Shown: positions 38,211 through 48,958 of the stretch, one piece after another
How the letters are laid out: each line of letters begins with the position of its first letter
Numbering within the stretch: position 1 is the first letter of the stretch
Assembly: GCA_016218155.1 (NCBI GenBank)
Contig: JACREQ010000012.1
Span: 15,064-79,063, forward strand
DNA from: Bacteroidia bacterium
Lineage (GTDB): Bacteria > Bacteroidota > Bacteroidia > Bacteroidales > GWA2-32-17
DNA length: 64,000 nucleotides
Direction: 5' to 3'
Translations under genes and position numbers: made by a program
Notes under the pieces: generated by a model
The model's input: only the letters and a program-made list of their open reading frames with translations
Database searches by the model: none
Told to the model about the DNA's origin: nothing

Positions 38211-39329
38211 TTATAGTGCTTTCTTAAAACACCTTTTTCTCTTATGTTGAATATGTTCGTAGTTTTTCCAATTAGAAATTGCGTTAATATTCGTCTCAAA
38301 TATACCTGTAGTTTCAATATATTTCATGCCTTTGCTAAGCATTTGCTTTTGAATTTCAGCCATTAAAATAACACCAGCCCCCGTAGCAAGAACTTCTTTC
38401 TTAACTCCGGTTAGCAATTGATCCATTACATCTATTCCTTTTCTGGCTTTAAGAATATGCAAAAATCCAAATGGGAAAAGTTTTCCGTTTGCTTTTTGCA
38501 TTGCTTCAGATAGACTTGGTAATCCAATTATAAAGCCAACCATTTCGCCTTTAAGTCTGAGCATTTTTACAAATTCAGGATTTAGAATTTTAATATATTT
38601 TTCTTTATAAAATGCCATCATTTTAGGTGAGAATGGAGAAACAAAAGGTAAATCGCTAAAAGCATCATTTAGAATTGAAAAAATTTCATTAGAATGTGGA
38701 AGTAATTCATCCATGGTTTTAAATTGAACCACTTCAATTCCGAAACGTTTCATAATTAATCCTGCACCACGGTTAGCTTTGTCAACAGGAGCATCCGTTA
38801 ATGTCAATCTGAATTCTACCCAGTCAATTTCTTTTAAGTAACCAAGTTTTTCTAAATGTTCTAAATAATAAGGCATGTGATAAACTGAAGCAATAGAAGG
38901 TATGTGGTCAAAACCTTCAACTAACATTCCTTGTAAATCAAGATTGTTAAAGCCTAGCGGACCCATAACCTGAGTCATTCCTTGTTCTTTAAGCCATTTT
39001 TCAGCTTTTTCAGTTAAAGCTTTTACAACCTCATGATCGTTGATGAATTCCAAACGGGTATAACGGCCGTTTTTTTCGCCTGTTTTTTCGTTAAATGTTT
39101 GGTTAATAATAGCACCAATTCTTCCAACAATTTTATTGTCTTTATAAGCAAGCCAGAATTTAGCTTTGCAATTTTCAAAAGCAGGATTTGTTTCTGGCAT
39201 TAAGCTTTTAACTTCATCCTTGATTATTGATGGAACCCAGTATTTATTGCCTTTATATAATTCGAATGGAAATTTTACAAATTTCTTTAAGTCGTCTTTG
39301 GTTATAGCTTCACGAATTTCTATTGACAT
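38211..39329 (-). CDS. Tandem-GNAT acyltransferase, YghO/bacterial ceramide synthase (bCerS)-like
   Basis: LKKFVKFPFELYK, NPAFENC, VGRIGAIIN, GPLGF..D.QGMLVEGFD, Y..PYY..HLEKLGY.KE.DWVE. Confidence 0.75.
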   Translation of the reverse strand: MSIEIREAITKDDLKKFVKFPFELYKGNKYWVPSIIKDEVKSLMPETNPAFENCKAKFWLAYKDNKIVGRIGAIINQTFNEKTGEKNGRYTRLEFINDHEVVKALTEKAEKWLKEQGMTQVMGPLGFNNLDLQGMLVEGFDHIPSIASVYHMPYYLEHLEKLGYLKEIDWVEFRLTLTDAPVDKANRGAGLIMKRFGIEVVQFKTMDELLPHSNEIFSILNDAFSDLPFVSPFSPKMMAFYKEKYIKILNPEFVKMLRLKGEMVGFIIGLPSLSEAMQKANGKLFPFGFLHILKARKGIDVMDQLLTGVKKEVLATGAGVILMAEIQKQMLSKGMKYIETTGIFETNINAISNWKNYEHIQHKRKRCFKKAL

Positions 39330-39337
39330 AATTTAAT

Positions 39338-39372
39338 ATTTAGGATTTACGATATTCGATTTAGGATTTATA
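39338..39372. repeat. Degenerate heptamer tandem repeat
   Basis: ATTTAGG ATTTACG ATATTCG ATTTAGG ATTTATA. Confidence 0.6.
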
Positions 39373-39466
39373 TTTGAATATTGTTAATTATTATCGTTCT
39401 GTTACTTGTTATTTAGATTTTATTTCGTTACAAAATGTTACATTAAGTGATAAAGTCTTTTACTTT

Positions 39467-39529
39467 GCCTACCTTCCTTCGACTCCCCTTCGACAAGTTC
39501 AGCGCAGGCTCCTCAGGATGACAGTAGGC
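39467..39529. repeat. Nested REP-like repeats
   Basis: GCCTAC [CCTTCGACTC [CCCTTCGACAAGTTCAGCGCAGG] CTCCTCAGGATGACA] GTAGGC; outer 6-bp inverted repeat; related to 11765-11784. Confidence 0.7.
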
Positions 39530-39588
39530 CGCTGGTTCTGAATTATAGAATGCTCTTTTTATTAACCATTAACTTTATAACTTATTAA

Positions 39589-41313
39589 CTAATTTTCAAT
39601 CCATGCTTTTACTTCTTCAATTTTTGGGTTTGGAAGTTCGAGTTTTAGTTTTTTATTTAATCCGCACATTTCCTGGTGTAATTTGTTAGGATTAGCATTT
39701 TTTAGTTGTTCAATAGTGTTATAACCGGCTTTTTGAATAACACTAACCCATGCTTCAGGAATTCCCAATGCTGTATATTTATCATTATCATCTTTTGCAG
39801 CTTTCTTTTCTGGTCGCATTTGTGGGAAAAACAAAACATCCTGAATAGATGCAGAGTTTGTCATAATCATTGAAAGCCTATCAATACCTATTCCCAAACC
39901 TGCTGTTGGTGGCATTCCAAATTCTAGAGCACGTAAAAAGTCTTCGTCTAAAACCATAGCTTCATCGTCGCCACGTTTCCCTAATTCTAATTGTCCTTCA
40001 AAGCGCTGACGCTGGTCAATAGGGTCGTTTAGTTCAGAGAAAGCATTGCAGATTTCTTTACTGTTACAAATTGCTTCAAAACGTTCAACCAAACCTTCGG
40101 TTGTTCTGTGTTTTTTAGCAAGAGGAGACATTTCAATAGGATAATCCATAATGAAAGTTGGCTGAATTAATTTGGCTTCACAAGTGTCGCCAAAAATAGA
40201 ATCAATAAGTTTTCCTTTACCCATTGTTTCGTCAATACCTACTTTAAGTTTTAATGCAGTTTCTCTAAGTTCTGCTTCGTTCATATTAGAGATGTCAATG
40301 CCAGTAAACTCCTGAATTGCACTGTACATTGTATATCGTTTCCATGGACGTTTAAAATCTATAACATTATCCCCAACTTGTATCTGTGTGGTTCCATTAA
40401 CAGCAAGAGCAACTTTTTCAACCATTTCTTCCACAAGATCCATCATCCAGTAGTAATCTTTGTAAGCCACATAAAGCTCCATTTGAGTGAACTCTGGATT
40501 ATGAAAACGGTCCATTCCTTCGTTTCTGAAATCTTTTGAAAATTCATATACACCATCAAAGCCACCAACCACAAGTCTTTTTAAATAAAGCTCGTTAGCA
40601 ATTCTCATGTATAATGTTTGATCGAGTGCATTGTGATGTGTTTTAAACGGACGTGCAGCTGCACCACCATATAAAGGTTGTAAAATAGGTGTTTCAACTT
40701 CTAAGTAACCTTTTTCATTAAGAAAATTGCGCATGGTGTTAACAACCTTGGTGCGTTTTATAAAAGTCTCTTTAACGTTTGGATTTACAATTAAATCAAG
40801 AGATCTGTTTCTATATCTTTGTTCAGGATCTGTAAATGCATCAAAAAGCTGACCGTCTTTTTCTTTTACAATAGGGAGTGGACGAAGCGATTTGCTTAAT
40901 ATTTTAATATCATTAACATGAATTGAAATCTCACCCATTTTTGTAGTGAATACATAACCGGTAACGCCAATAATATCGCCAATATCAACAAGTCTTTTAA
41001 AAACTGTATTATATAAAGTTTTGTCTTCACCGGTGCATATACTGTCACGATTTAAATAAAGCTGTATTCTTCCTTTTTCATCTTGTAATTCAGCAAAAGA
41101 AGCGCTTCCCATTATTCTGCGACTCATTACTCTACCTGCAATAGAAACAGATTGGAAATTTTTACTTTCCTCGCTGTAAAAAGCAAGTATTTCAGATGTT
41201 GTAACGTTAACTTCAAATTTTTCTGCTGGGTATGCTTCTATTCCAAGTTTTTGTAATTCTTCAAGTGCTTGTCTGCGCACTAATTCCTGTTCACTTAATT
41301 CTATCAGACTCAT
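39589..41313 (-). CDS. lysS: Lysine--tRNA ligase (class II) with C-terminal DUF4332-like extension
   Basis: [38 protein letters not shown]...[21 protein letters not shown]. Confidence 0.97.
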   Translation of the reverse strand: MSLIELSEQELVRRQALEELQKLGIEAYPAEKFEVNVTTSEILAFYSEESKNFQSVSIAGRVMSRRIMGSASFAELQDEKGRIQLYLNRDSICTGEDKTLYNTVFKRLVDIGDIIGVTGYVFTTKMGEISIHVNDIKILSKSLRPLPIVKEKDGQLFDAFTDPEQRYRNRSLDLIVNPNVKETFIKRTKVVNTMRNFLNEKGYLEVETPILQPLYGGAAARPFKTHHNALDQTLYMRIANELYLKRLVVGGFDGVYEFSKDFRNEGMDRFHNPEFTQMELYVAYKDYYWMMDLVEEMVEKVALAVNGTTQIQVGDNVIDFKRPWKRYTMYSAIQEFTGIDISNMNEAELRETALKLKVGIDETMGKGKLIDSIFGDTCEAKLIQPTFIMDYPIEMSPLAKKHRTTEGLVERFEAICNSKEICNAFSELNDPIDQRQRFEGQLELGKRGDDEAMVLDEDFLRALEFGMPPTAGLGIGIDRLSMIMTNSASIQDVLFFPQMRPEKKAAKDDNDKYTALGIPEAWVSVIQKAGYNTIEQLKNANPNKLHQEMCGLNKKLKLELPNPKIEEVKAWIEN

Positions 41314-41331
41314 ATGGTTTTTTATTTATTG

Positions 41332-41339
41332 CAAAGATA
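41332..41339 (-). promoter_or_regulatory. Putative -7 promoter box for lysS
   Basis: TATCTTTG on the minus strand, 18 nt upstream of the start. Confidence 0.6.
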
Positions 41340-41481
41340 ATTATTTGAAATTAATTCTGATTAGTGATTTGTCAATTCAATTTATCTGTTTTAATCACAT
41401 GGAATATAGCATGTTGAATTTTTTATGAGTATTTTTCTTTTTCGTTTTGTAATTTTGTATTTAAAATTTGAATTTTTATTT

Positions 41482-42036
41482 ATGAAACGAGAAGATGCTT
41501 TGGAATTATTAAGTAAGTATATTAAAAACGACAGAATGATTGCTCATTGTATTGCATCAGAAGCTGTAATGTATGATGTGGCAGTGATGTTAAATCATGA
41601 TCCAGAAAAATGGGCACTTGCAGGTTTACTTCATGATATTGATGTTGAAATTACAAATGGAGATCCATATATTCATGCATTGGAAGCTGAAAATATATTA
41701 AAACCTTTAGGAGTAGATGCTGAAATAATTGATGCAATAAAAATGCATAACGAAGTTGCTGCCGGTTTACCAAGATCAACAGCTTTTCAGTATGCACTTG
41801 CATGTTGCGAAACTATTACCGGATTAATTACTGCAACAACAATGGTATATCCCGATAAAAAAGTAGCTTCGGTAAAGCCGAGCTCTGTTGTTAAAAGAAT
41901 GAAAGAGAAACATTTTGCTGCATCTGTTAAAAGAGAAAATATTTTAGAGTGCGAAAAGATTGGACTTCCATTGTCGCAGTTTGCTGAAATTGCTGTAAAA
42001 GCAATGTGCAGAGTAAGTGAAGAAATAGGGTTATAA
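41482..42036 (+). CDS. HD-domain (HDIG-type) phosphohydrolase
   Basis: Probable start MKREDALELL at 41482; H..ASEAVM, AGLLHDID, AIKMHN, KRMKEK.FAASV.RE. Confidence 0.85.
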   Translation: MKREDALELLSKYIKNDRMIAHCIASEAVMYDVAVMLNHDPEKWALAGLLHDIDVEITNGDPYIHALEAENILKPLGVDAEIIDAIKMHNEVAAGLPRSTAFQYALACCETITGLITATTMVYPDKKVASVKPSSVVKRMKEKHFAASVKRENILECEKIGLPLSQFAEIAVKAMCRVSEEIGL

Positions 42037-42390
42037 TTTATTAGATAAAGGTTAAAACCCTGCAATTTCATTGTAGAATTTTTAGTTTCTATAAATTTAA
42101 AAAATTATGTGATTTTGCTGCGCTTGAGAACTTTTTCACGAAATTCGTTCGTAATTGTTGCTTCAGTTTTTTTTCGTATGCTTCGCAATGACTTCATTGA
42201 AAGGATAACCGATTTAGTAAGTAAAACTACTATAATATCTATGTGAATTTTATTCGCTTCAATAAACTTATGGATTTTAATAAACACTCTTTATATTAAA
42301 AAACTATAAAATTTGTGATTATTAATTGTTACCAAAAATATATAAGCTTTATATTTTGTAAATTTGTTAATAATCAAAATTAAAAAAATC

Positions 42391-42930
42391 ATGAAAAAAA
42401 TATTTTTCTTTATGTTTATGTTCAGTGTTTTAATTATTAATGCACAGACTGGAAATTTTTACGATTTTACTGTAAAAACGATTGATGGGAATGATTTTTC
42501 TTTATCAAGCCTGAAAGGGAAAAAGGTATTGGTTGTCAATACTGCGTCTAAATGTGGTTTTACTCCTCAATATGAAGCGTTGGAATCTTTATTTAAGAAA
42601 TATGGTGGAGATAAATTTGTAATAATTGGCTTTCCTGCTAATAACTTTTTAAGTCAGGAGCCCGGTACAAATGCAGAAATTAAGGAATTTTGTACAAAGA
42701 ATTATGGAGTAACGTTTCAAATGATGGAGAAAATTTCAGTAAAAGGAAATGATATTCATCCTTTATATAAATGGTTAACAGAAAAAGAAAGTAATGGTGT
42801 TATAGATGCTCCGGTTAAATGGAATTTTCAGAAATTTATGATTGATGAAAATGGAAAAATAGTTGATTTTGCTTCTCCAAAAGAAAAACCTGATTGTGAT
42901 AAGATTGTAAACTGGATTACTGGAAAATAA
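42391..42930 (+). CDS. Cys-type glutathione peroxidase family protein with signal peptide
   Basis: GKKVLVVNTASKCG, GFPANNFLSQEPG, KWNFQKF; probable start MKKIFF at 42391. Confidence 0.92.
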   Translation: MKKIFFFMFMFSVLIINAQTGNFYDFTVKTIDGNDFSLSSLKGKKVLVVNTASKCGFTPQYEALESLFKKYGGDKFVIIGFPANNFLSQEPGTNAEIKEFCTKNYGVTFQMMEKISVKGNDIHPLYKWLTEKESNGVIDAPVKWNFQKFMIDENGKIVDFASPKEKPDCDKIVNWITGK

Positions 42931-43117
42931 TTTTGTAGTTAATTTATTCATCAAGATAATTAAAATTATTTTTTTATTCTGTTTAAAGTGATATTGCTTT
43001 ATTTCTGCAATAAAACGAGTTATGTGTATTTTGTAAAAAAAAATGCAGTACAGCTTCTAAATATTTGTCAAATGTGAATTTTGGAATTAACTTTAAGAAA
43101 AAATTTTAAAGCAAGAG

Positions 43118-43801
43118 ATGAAATTATTAACCCATGTAAAAGATTTGCAAAATTCTGATTATAAGGACACATGGGATTTTCAGGAAAGATTACATGAGAA
43201 AGTTGTTTTAGAAAAAGAAAATTTTGGAAGAGCAAAAGTAAATTACCTTTTGTTTTGTGAACATCCTCACGTATATACCCTTGGGAAAAGTGGAGAGCAA
43301 AATAATTTATTAGCAAATAATGAAGTTTTAAAACAAATTAACGCAACTTTTTATAAAACTAACAGGGGCGGAGATATTACTTATCATGGACCTGGTCAAA
43401 TAGTTGGCTATCCTATTATTGATCTGGAAGCTGCTGGTTTAGGAATAAAAAAGTATGTGTGGGCATTAGAGGAATCTGTAATTCAAACTCTAAAAAATTA
43501 TAAAATTACTTCGGAAAGATTAGAAGGTGCAACAGGAGTTTGGCTTGATGTTAATATACCAGGTAAAACCAGAAAAATTTGCGCTATTGGAGTTCGTACT
43601 TCAAAATTTGTAACTATGCACGGTTTTGCATTTAATGTAAATACCGATTTAAAATATTTTTCATATATAAATCCTTGTGGATTTGTAGATAAGGGTGTTA
43701 CTTCTATGAAAAACGAGCTTGGTAAAAATATGCCAATAGAAGAAGTAAAAGAAGTCCTTAAAAAAAATCTGGCATTAAACTTAAATCTCGATATAAACTG
43801 A
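43118..43801 (+). CDS. lipB: Octanoyltransferase
   Basis: CEHPHVYTLG, RGGDITYHGPGQ, KICAIG, TMHGFAFN, INPCG. Confidence 0.96.
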   Translation: MKLLTHVKDLQNSDYKDTWDFQERLHEKVVLEKENFGRAKVNYLLFCEHPHVYTLGKSGEQNNLLANNEVLKQINATFYKTNRGGDITYHGPGQIVGYPIIDLEAAGLGIKKYVWALEESVIQTLKNYKITSERLEGATGVWLDVNIPGKTRKICAIGVRTSKFVTMHGFAFNVNTDLKYFSYINPCGFVDKGVTSMKNELGKNMPIEEVKEVLKKNLALNLNLDIN

Positions 43802-43802
43802 A

Positions 43803-45527
43803 ATGGAAAAACAATGGGTTTTAAAGTCAAGAGGGGATGAAGCGCTGATACAGGAGTTGGCTTTAAGCTTATCTATTGACCCGGTAATTGCAAATTTACT
43901 TGTACAGCGTAACATTAAAACATACAAAGATGCTGAAGAGTTTTTTAATCCTGATATAACAAAGCTACACGATCCTTTTTTGATGAAGGATATGGATAAA
44001 GCAATAACAAGGATTGAAAAAGCTTTAGCAAACGATGAAAAAATACTTATTTATGGCGATTATGATGTAGATGGAACAACAGCTGTAGCGGTTACATATT
44101 CATTTTTCAAAGAAAGACACTCTAAAATAAGATATTATATTCCGGATAGATATGGTGAGGGTTATGGTATATCATTTAAGGGTATTGATTATGCAGCTAA
44201 TAACAATTTTACTCTAGTAATTGCACTTGACTGTGGTATTAAAGCAGTTGAGAAAATTGAATATGCAAATTCCAAAGGAATTGATTTTATTATTTGCGAT
44301 CATCATCTTCCTGGTGATGTTATTCCAAATGCGGTAGCAGTTTTAGATGCAAAACAACCAGGTTGTGAATATCCATTTAAAGAGCTTTCCGGTTGCGGAG
44401 TTGGATTTAAATTGATTCAGGCATTTTGTACCAAAAGAAATATCTCTTTTGATGCAATTTATACTTATTTGGATTTAGTTGCCGTAAGTATTGCTTCTGA
44501 TATTGTTCCAATGACAGGAGAAAACAGAATATTTGCATATTTTGGAATGAAGAAGTTAAACGAAAATCCTGTAATTGGTCTAAAAGCGATAAAGAAGGTA
44601 AGCGGAATTGAAAGCATGGAAATGAATATCAATGATATCGTTTTCAAAATCGGACCAAGAATAAATGCTGCCGGACGAATTGAAACAGGCTCAAAAGCGG
44701 TAGAATTGCTGGTTTCGCAAAATGAAGAAGATGCTTTTAGATTTGCAAAAGATATCAATGAATGTAACGAGAACAGGAAAGATCTGGATCAGAAAATATT
44801 CTCTGATGCTCATGAAATGATAAATTCTAACAAATCACTAAAAGAAAATAAAACAACTGTATTATTTAACGCAGACTGGCATAAGGGAGTTGTTGGGATT
44901 GTTGCATCCAGGCTTATTGACTACTATTACAGACCAACTGTAATTTTAACAAAGTCCAATGGATTAATAAACGGTTCAGCAAGAACAGTGGAAGGTTTTG
45001 ATTTATATCATGCTATTGATCAGTGTGGACATTTATTAGAAAATTATGGTGGACATATGTTTGCTGCAGGTATATCAATGAAACCTGAGAATTTAGATAA
45101 ATTTACAGAATTGTTTGAGAAAGTTGTTTCAGATAATATTACTAAAGAGCAACTTACGCCACATATTGAGATTGATGATATTTTAAATCTTGCGCAAATA
45201 GATGCGAAATTTTTTAGAATACTACAGCGTTTTCAACCATTTGGACCAGGAAATATGTCGCCAATATTTGGTACTTATAATGTTTATGATTCGGGAACCG
45301 GTAAAACTGTAGGTAAAAAAAATGAACATCTGAAGCTTGATTTAATGCATGATAGCTGTCCAGGTTTAATATTTCCTGCAATTGGTTTTCAATTAGGTAA
45401 AAAGGCGGTGGAAGTAGCTGAATGCAGAACTTTTGATGTGTGTTTTTCAATAGATAAGAATGATTTTATGAATAAAACATCACTTCAATTAAGACTAAGA
45501 GATATAAGATTAAAAAATTACGAATAG
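43803..45527 (+). CDS. recJ: Single-stranded DNA exonuclease RecJ
   Basis: YGDYDVDG, IPDR..EGYG, LDCG, CDHH, PRINAAGR, GSAR, GGH.FAAG. Confidence 0.96.
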   Translation: MEKQWVLKSRGDEALIQELALSLSIDPVIANLLVQRNIKTYKDAEEFFNPDITKLHDPFLMKDMDKAITRIEKALANDEKILIYGDYDVDGTTAVAVTYSFFKERHSKIRYYIPDRYGEGYGISFKGIDYAANNNFTLVIALDCGIKAVEKIEYANSKGIDFIICDHHLPGDVIPNAVAVLDAKQPGCEYPFKELSGCGVGFKLIQAFCTKRNISFDAIYTYLDLVAVSIASDIVPMTGENRIFAYFGMKKLNENPVIGLKAIKKVSGIESMEMNINDIVFKIGPRINAAGRIETGSKAVELLVSQNEEDAFRFAKDINECNENRKDLDQKIFSDAHEMINSNKSLKENKTTVLFNADWHKGVVGIVASRLIDYYYRPTVILTKSNGLINGSARTVEGFDLYHAIDQCGHLLENYGGHMFAAGISMKPENLDKFTELFEKVVSDNITKEQLTPHIEIDDILNLAQIDAKFFRILQRFQPFGPGNMSPIFGTYNVYDSGTGKTVGKKNEHLKLDLMHDSCPGLIFPAIGFQLGKKAVEVAECRTFDVCFSIDKNDFMNKTSLQLRLRDIRLKNYE

Positions 45528-45594
45528 GTTTTTAAGCATTTTTTTTAATTTTATATATTATTATATTTACTCGATTATTTTAATAACAAATTAT

Positions 45595-48240
45595 ATGAAA
45601 GTTAGAAATCTTATTTTTATGGCTTTAATACTTATTGGTTTTGAAGCTTCTGCACAACTTTACAGACCCGGAATTACATTGCATAGAAACTGGTCAATAT
45701 CTGCCGAGCAAAATATTCTAGGTTCAGATCAAATACCTCCAATGATGAATGTATTATGTGGTTATTCAATTAATCCATTATCTGGTAAAAAAACAGGATT
45801 TTTATCTGCTTTTAACCAGATGACAGAAGATACTGCAATTTATACTCCTTATATTAGCTTAAATGAGAACGTGTTATATTCTGTTGCAATCAGTGATGGA
45901 AATGCTACATCGACCACACCAGTTGTTAGTGTTGGGTATGAGGAAGTAGCAATAGGAGACAGAGATATTTTAATTAATTATTCTGATATTGCTGGAGGAG
46001 TACAGCCAACAAAAAGTACTAATCATCTTATTATATCTGCTCCATATAATCAGGAAGCTAAGTTTGTAAAACAAGAAATGCCATATTCATTTAATTTCTG
46101 GGCATGTGGTTATTCAGAACTTAGTGCAGGAAATAAAGATTTCTGGTTTGGTAAGATTTATGCTGATGGTAATACATCTGTTCTTTGGGATACTACTTTT
46201 GGTGGAATAGGAGAAGATGTTATAACATCATTAACAATTGGCGATGGATATGCTCTTTTTACAGGTAATTCTTCATCACTTTCTGGTATTGACAAAGATA
46301 TACATTCAACTCTATATTCAATAATTCAGGATACTATTGTGTGGGATTCAACTTTTTTTATGCCAGGTAATCAAGAGTTATTCGGTTCTTATAATATGCC
46401 TGGAAATACTATAGCTGTTGGGTATTCTGATACCAGTGTTTTGGGAAATAATAAAGATATGCTGATTGTTTCTTTTGATTCTTATACTGGAGATACACTG
46501 TGGACAAAAACAATAGGAAGTGAATTTAATGAAGAGGCGTTTACTGTAAGAATGGCTAATTTTAATGTGACACAATGTTTAGTCGTATCCGGTTATATTA
46601 CTAATTTAAGTGGTGATAAACAGAATTATGTTGTGCTTTTAGATATTAGTAACGGAACCTTAATTTCTGAAAGAATTTTTGGAGATGATTTAAATGATGA
46701 TTGTATATATACTATGTTTTGTATGCCTGATGGATGTCAGCATTTCTTGTTTGGACAACAAGGTACAGCACAATCTTTTTATGAAATTGTTGCATATGAT
46801 TATGATATTCAGGTAAATAATAATTCTTGTACTTATGGATACGAAGGAAGTATTGACTTAATAGGTGGTATTTATGGAAATGGATACACATCTGGTCTAT
46901 ATGATTCTATGCATAATATGGTTGGTAGTGTTGGACCATATACTAATTTACCTGCAGGGAAATATTATTTAGATATTAGTTATAATTTTCCAGGTGCAAA
47001 ATCAGGTTGTAATATTACTGATTCTGTTGAAATTACTGAGCCAGCTCCATTTGGGGTAAATGTTTATACGACTGATCCTGATTGTATTGGTAATTTAGGG
47101 CAGATTGTTATAGTGCCACATGGAGGAAGTGGGTCCTATTCATATTCTTGGACAGGATATTCAGGGGCAGATACGCTTAGTGGATTAACTTCCGGCACAT
47201 ATGAAGTTTTTGTGACTGATGGTACTGGTTGTTCTTACACTTTTGATTATTACTATGCAACATTAACAGATCAGACTTTAGCAACAATTAATGGAACCGG
47301 AATAACTTCTTCCGGATATATTTTAGAGAACCATGGAAAAGCTATACTTTATAAATTAGGTACAACAGGAACAGCACTTGAACTTGATAGTATAACATCA
47401 TATACAATTGATTTACAAAATTTATATAATTTTAGTAATGTAGAACCCGGAAATTATAAAATTTTACTTCAGATTGACAGTACATCATATTATCCTAATT
47501 ATTTAAATTCATATTACTCTTTAAATGATACTGTTATTAACTGGGATATTGCAGATACCATTTCGATTGCATGTAATGATAATTTTAATCTTCCAATTAA
47601 GATGTATGAGATGAATGCAATGGAGACTGGAGTTGGATCTATTTCAGGCCATATATATTTGTTTACTTATACAAAACAAATAGGGGAACCTGTACCGGGT
47701 GCTGAAATATTAATTGAGCAGGAGCCTAATGATGTTCCGGTACAAGCAACTTTTACCGATAATAGCGGATATTATGAAGTTAATGGATTAGAAGCAGGAG
47801 GTTTATATAGTATGGAAGTTGATATTCCGGGCTATCCATTAATCAGTTCACATGTTAACATTCCAATAACAATCACAGATACAGTTTATGAAGATATGAA
47901 CTTTTACATTGATACTACTATTAATGGCGGTATTATGGCAGATACTTTACAAACTCAGATTTATACTTTTACGAATGAAAAATTTGAATTAAATGCATAT
48001 CCCAACCCATTTAATAGTAATATTTCTTTTGATTTTAATTTGACAAAAGATGTTTTCATAAATGCTGAAATTTTAAATGTTTCAGGTGAGCCAGTAAAGC
48101 TTTTATTAAGCGATAAACACAATAAAGGTAATGTTATAATAACGTGGCAGCCACAGTCAACATTACCTTCAGGAGTTTATTTTCTTAAGTTAATAGTAGA
48201 TAATCAGGTTTTGATTAAGAAAATAGTGTACAAAAAATAG
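45595..48240 (+). CDS. Multidomain T9SS type-A cargo protein (propeller-like repeats, SprB-like repeat, beta-sandwich domains)
   Basis: Signal peptide; LWDTTFGG and GDTLWTKTIG repeats; GGSGSYSYSW..GLTSGTYEVFVTD..GC; C-terminal AYPNPF...LPSGVYFLKL...KKIVYKK. Confidence 0.82.
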   Translation: MKVRNLIFMALILIGFEASAQLYRPGITLHRNWSISAEQNILGSDQIPPMMNVLCGYSINPLSGKKTGFLSAFNQMTEDTAIYTPYISLNENVLYSVAISDGNATSTTPVVSVGYEEVAIGDRDILINYSDIAGGVQPTKSTNHLIISAPYNQEAKFVKQEMPYSFNFWACGYSELSAGNKDFWFGKIYADGNTSVLWDTTFGGIGEDVITSLTIGDGYALFTGNSSSLSGIDKDIHSTLYSIIQDTIVWDSTFFMPGNQELFGSYNMPGNTIAVGYSDTSVLGNNKDMLIVSFDSYTGDTLWTKTIGSEFNEEAFTVRMANFNVTQCLVVSGYITNLSGDKQNYVVLLDISNGTLISERIFGDDLNDDCIYTMFCMPDGCQHFLFGQQGTAQSFYEIVAYDYDIQVNNNSCTYGYEGSIDLIGGIYGNGYTSGLYDSMHNMVGSVGPYTNLPAGKYYLDISYNFPGAKSGCNITDSVEITEPAPFGVNVYTTDPDCIGNLGQIVIVPHGGSGSYSYSWTGYSGADTLSGLTSGTYEVFVTDGTGCSYTFDYYYATLTDQTLATINGTGITSSGYILENHGKAILYKLGTTGTALELDSITSYTIDLQNLYNFSNVEPGNYKILLQIDSTSYYPNYLNSYYSLNDTVINWDIADTISIACNDNFNLPIKMYEMNAMETGVGSISGHIYLFTYTKQIGEPVPGAEILIEQEPNDVPVQATFTDNSGYYEVNGLEAGGLYSMEVDIPGYPLISSHVNIPITITDTVYEDMNFYIDTTINGGIMADTLQTQIYTFTNEKFELNAYPNPFNSNISFDFNLTKDVFINAEILNVSGEPVKLLLSDKHNKGNVIITWQPQSTLPSGVYFLKLIVDNQVLIKKIVYKK

Positions 48241-48244
48241 AAGT

Positions 48245-48275
48245 AAAAAAAGACCGATTTATCGGTCTTTTTTTT
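48245..48275 (+). terminator. Intrinsic terminator
   Basis: AAAAAAAGACCGAT-TT-ATCGGTCTTTTTTT perfect inverted repeat with T tail. Confidence 0.85.
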
Positions 48276-48364
48276 ATTATAAACTGTTGAATAATTAAAC
48301 AAAACATATAATCTTAATAATTTGCAGAATGTTGTTTATTTGATATTTATTATTAAGTAATTAA

Positions 48365-48958
48365 ATTTCGCAGACTGAAGGAACAACTGCTTCTGGCGAA
48401 CCAGTTCCAGGCGCCGAAATACTTATTGAGCAAGAACCAAATGATGTTCCAATTCAATCTGCATTAACAAATCAGGATGGTGATTATATATTAAAAAATA
48501 TACCAATAGGTAATCAATATCATTTGGTTGTTGATGTGCCTGGATATCCAATGTTAACTACATTTATTAATATTTCTGTTGGCTCAAATGATACACTGCT
48601 TGATAATTATAATTTTATATTAGACACAACTTCTGGTGGAGGAATTTTTATGGATACAATATCAGGTGTAACAGAACATTTTATTCAGTCTGGTTTCAAA
48701 TCATTTGAAGTTTATCCAAATCCTTTATCGGAGTTTATGATTGTGAATTTTGAGTTATCAAAAGAGAATTCAATAAGCATAGAATTAATTAATGAGTTGG
48801 GTGAAACAATAAAACAAGTATTGAATATAGCAGATTGTAAAAAAGGAGTATATAATTACCAGATTAATATTCCTTAATCTTTATCTGCAGGAAGCTATTT
48901 TATAAGACTAAAGGATGATAGAAACGTATATGTAAAAAAGTTTATTTTGAAAATATAA
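48365..48958 (+). pseudogene. 5'-truncated paralog of the preceding T9SS cargo gene with an internal stop
   Basis: Frame opens after TAA 48362-48364 with no start or signal peptide; GEPVPGAEILIEQEPNDVP is identical to the upstream protein; in-frame TAA 48875-48877 then SLSAGSYFIRL...KKFILKI*. Confidence 0.85.

Noticed and set aside
42105..42287. 60-aa minus-strand ORF and a degenerate TTGCTTC...TCGCAATGAC repeat-like patch
   Set aside because: No recognisable protein features; the patch may be a decayed REP of another family but has a single copy here and is too degenerate to call
42391..42930. Selenocysteine glutathione peroxidase
   Set aside because: The active-site codon is TGT (Cys), not TGA
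48875..48877. Stop-codon reassignment explaining the in-frame TAA
   Set aside because: TAA ends most genes in the window normally, and the frame also lacks its 5' end
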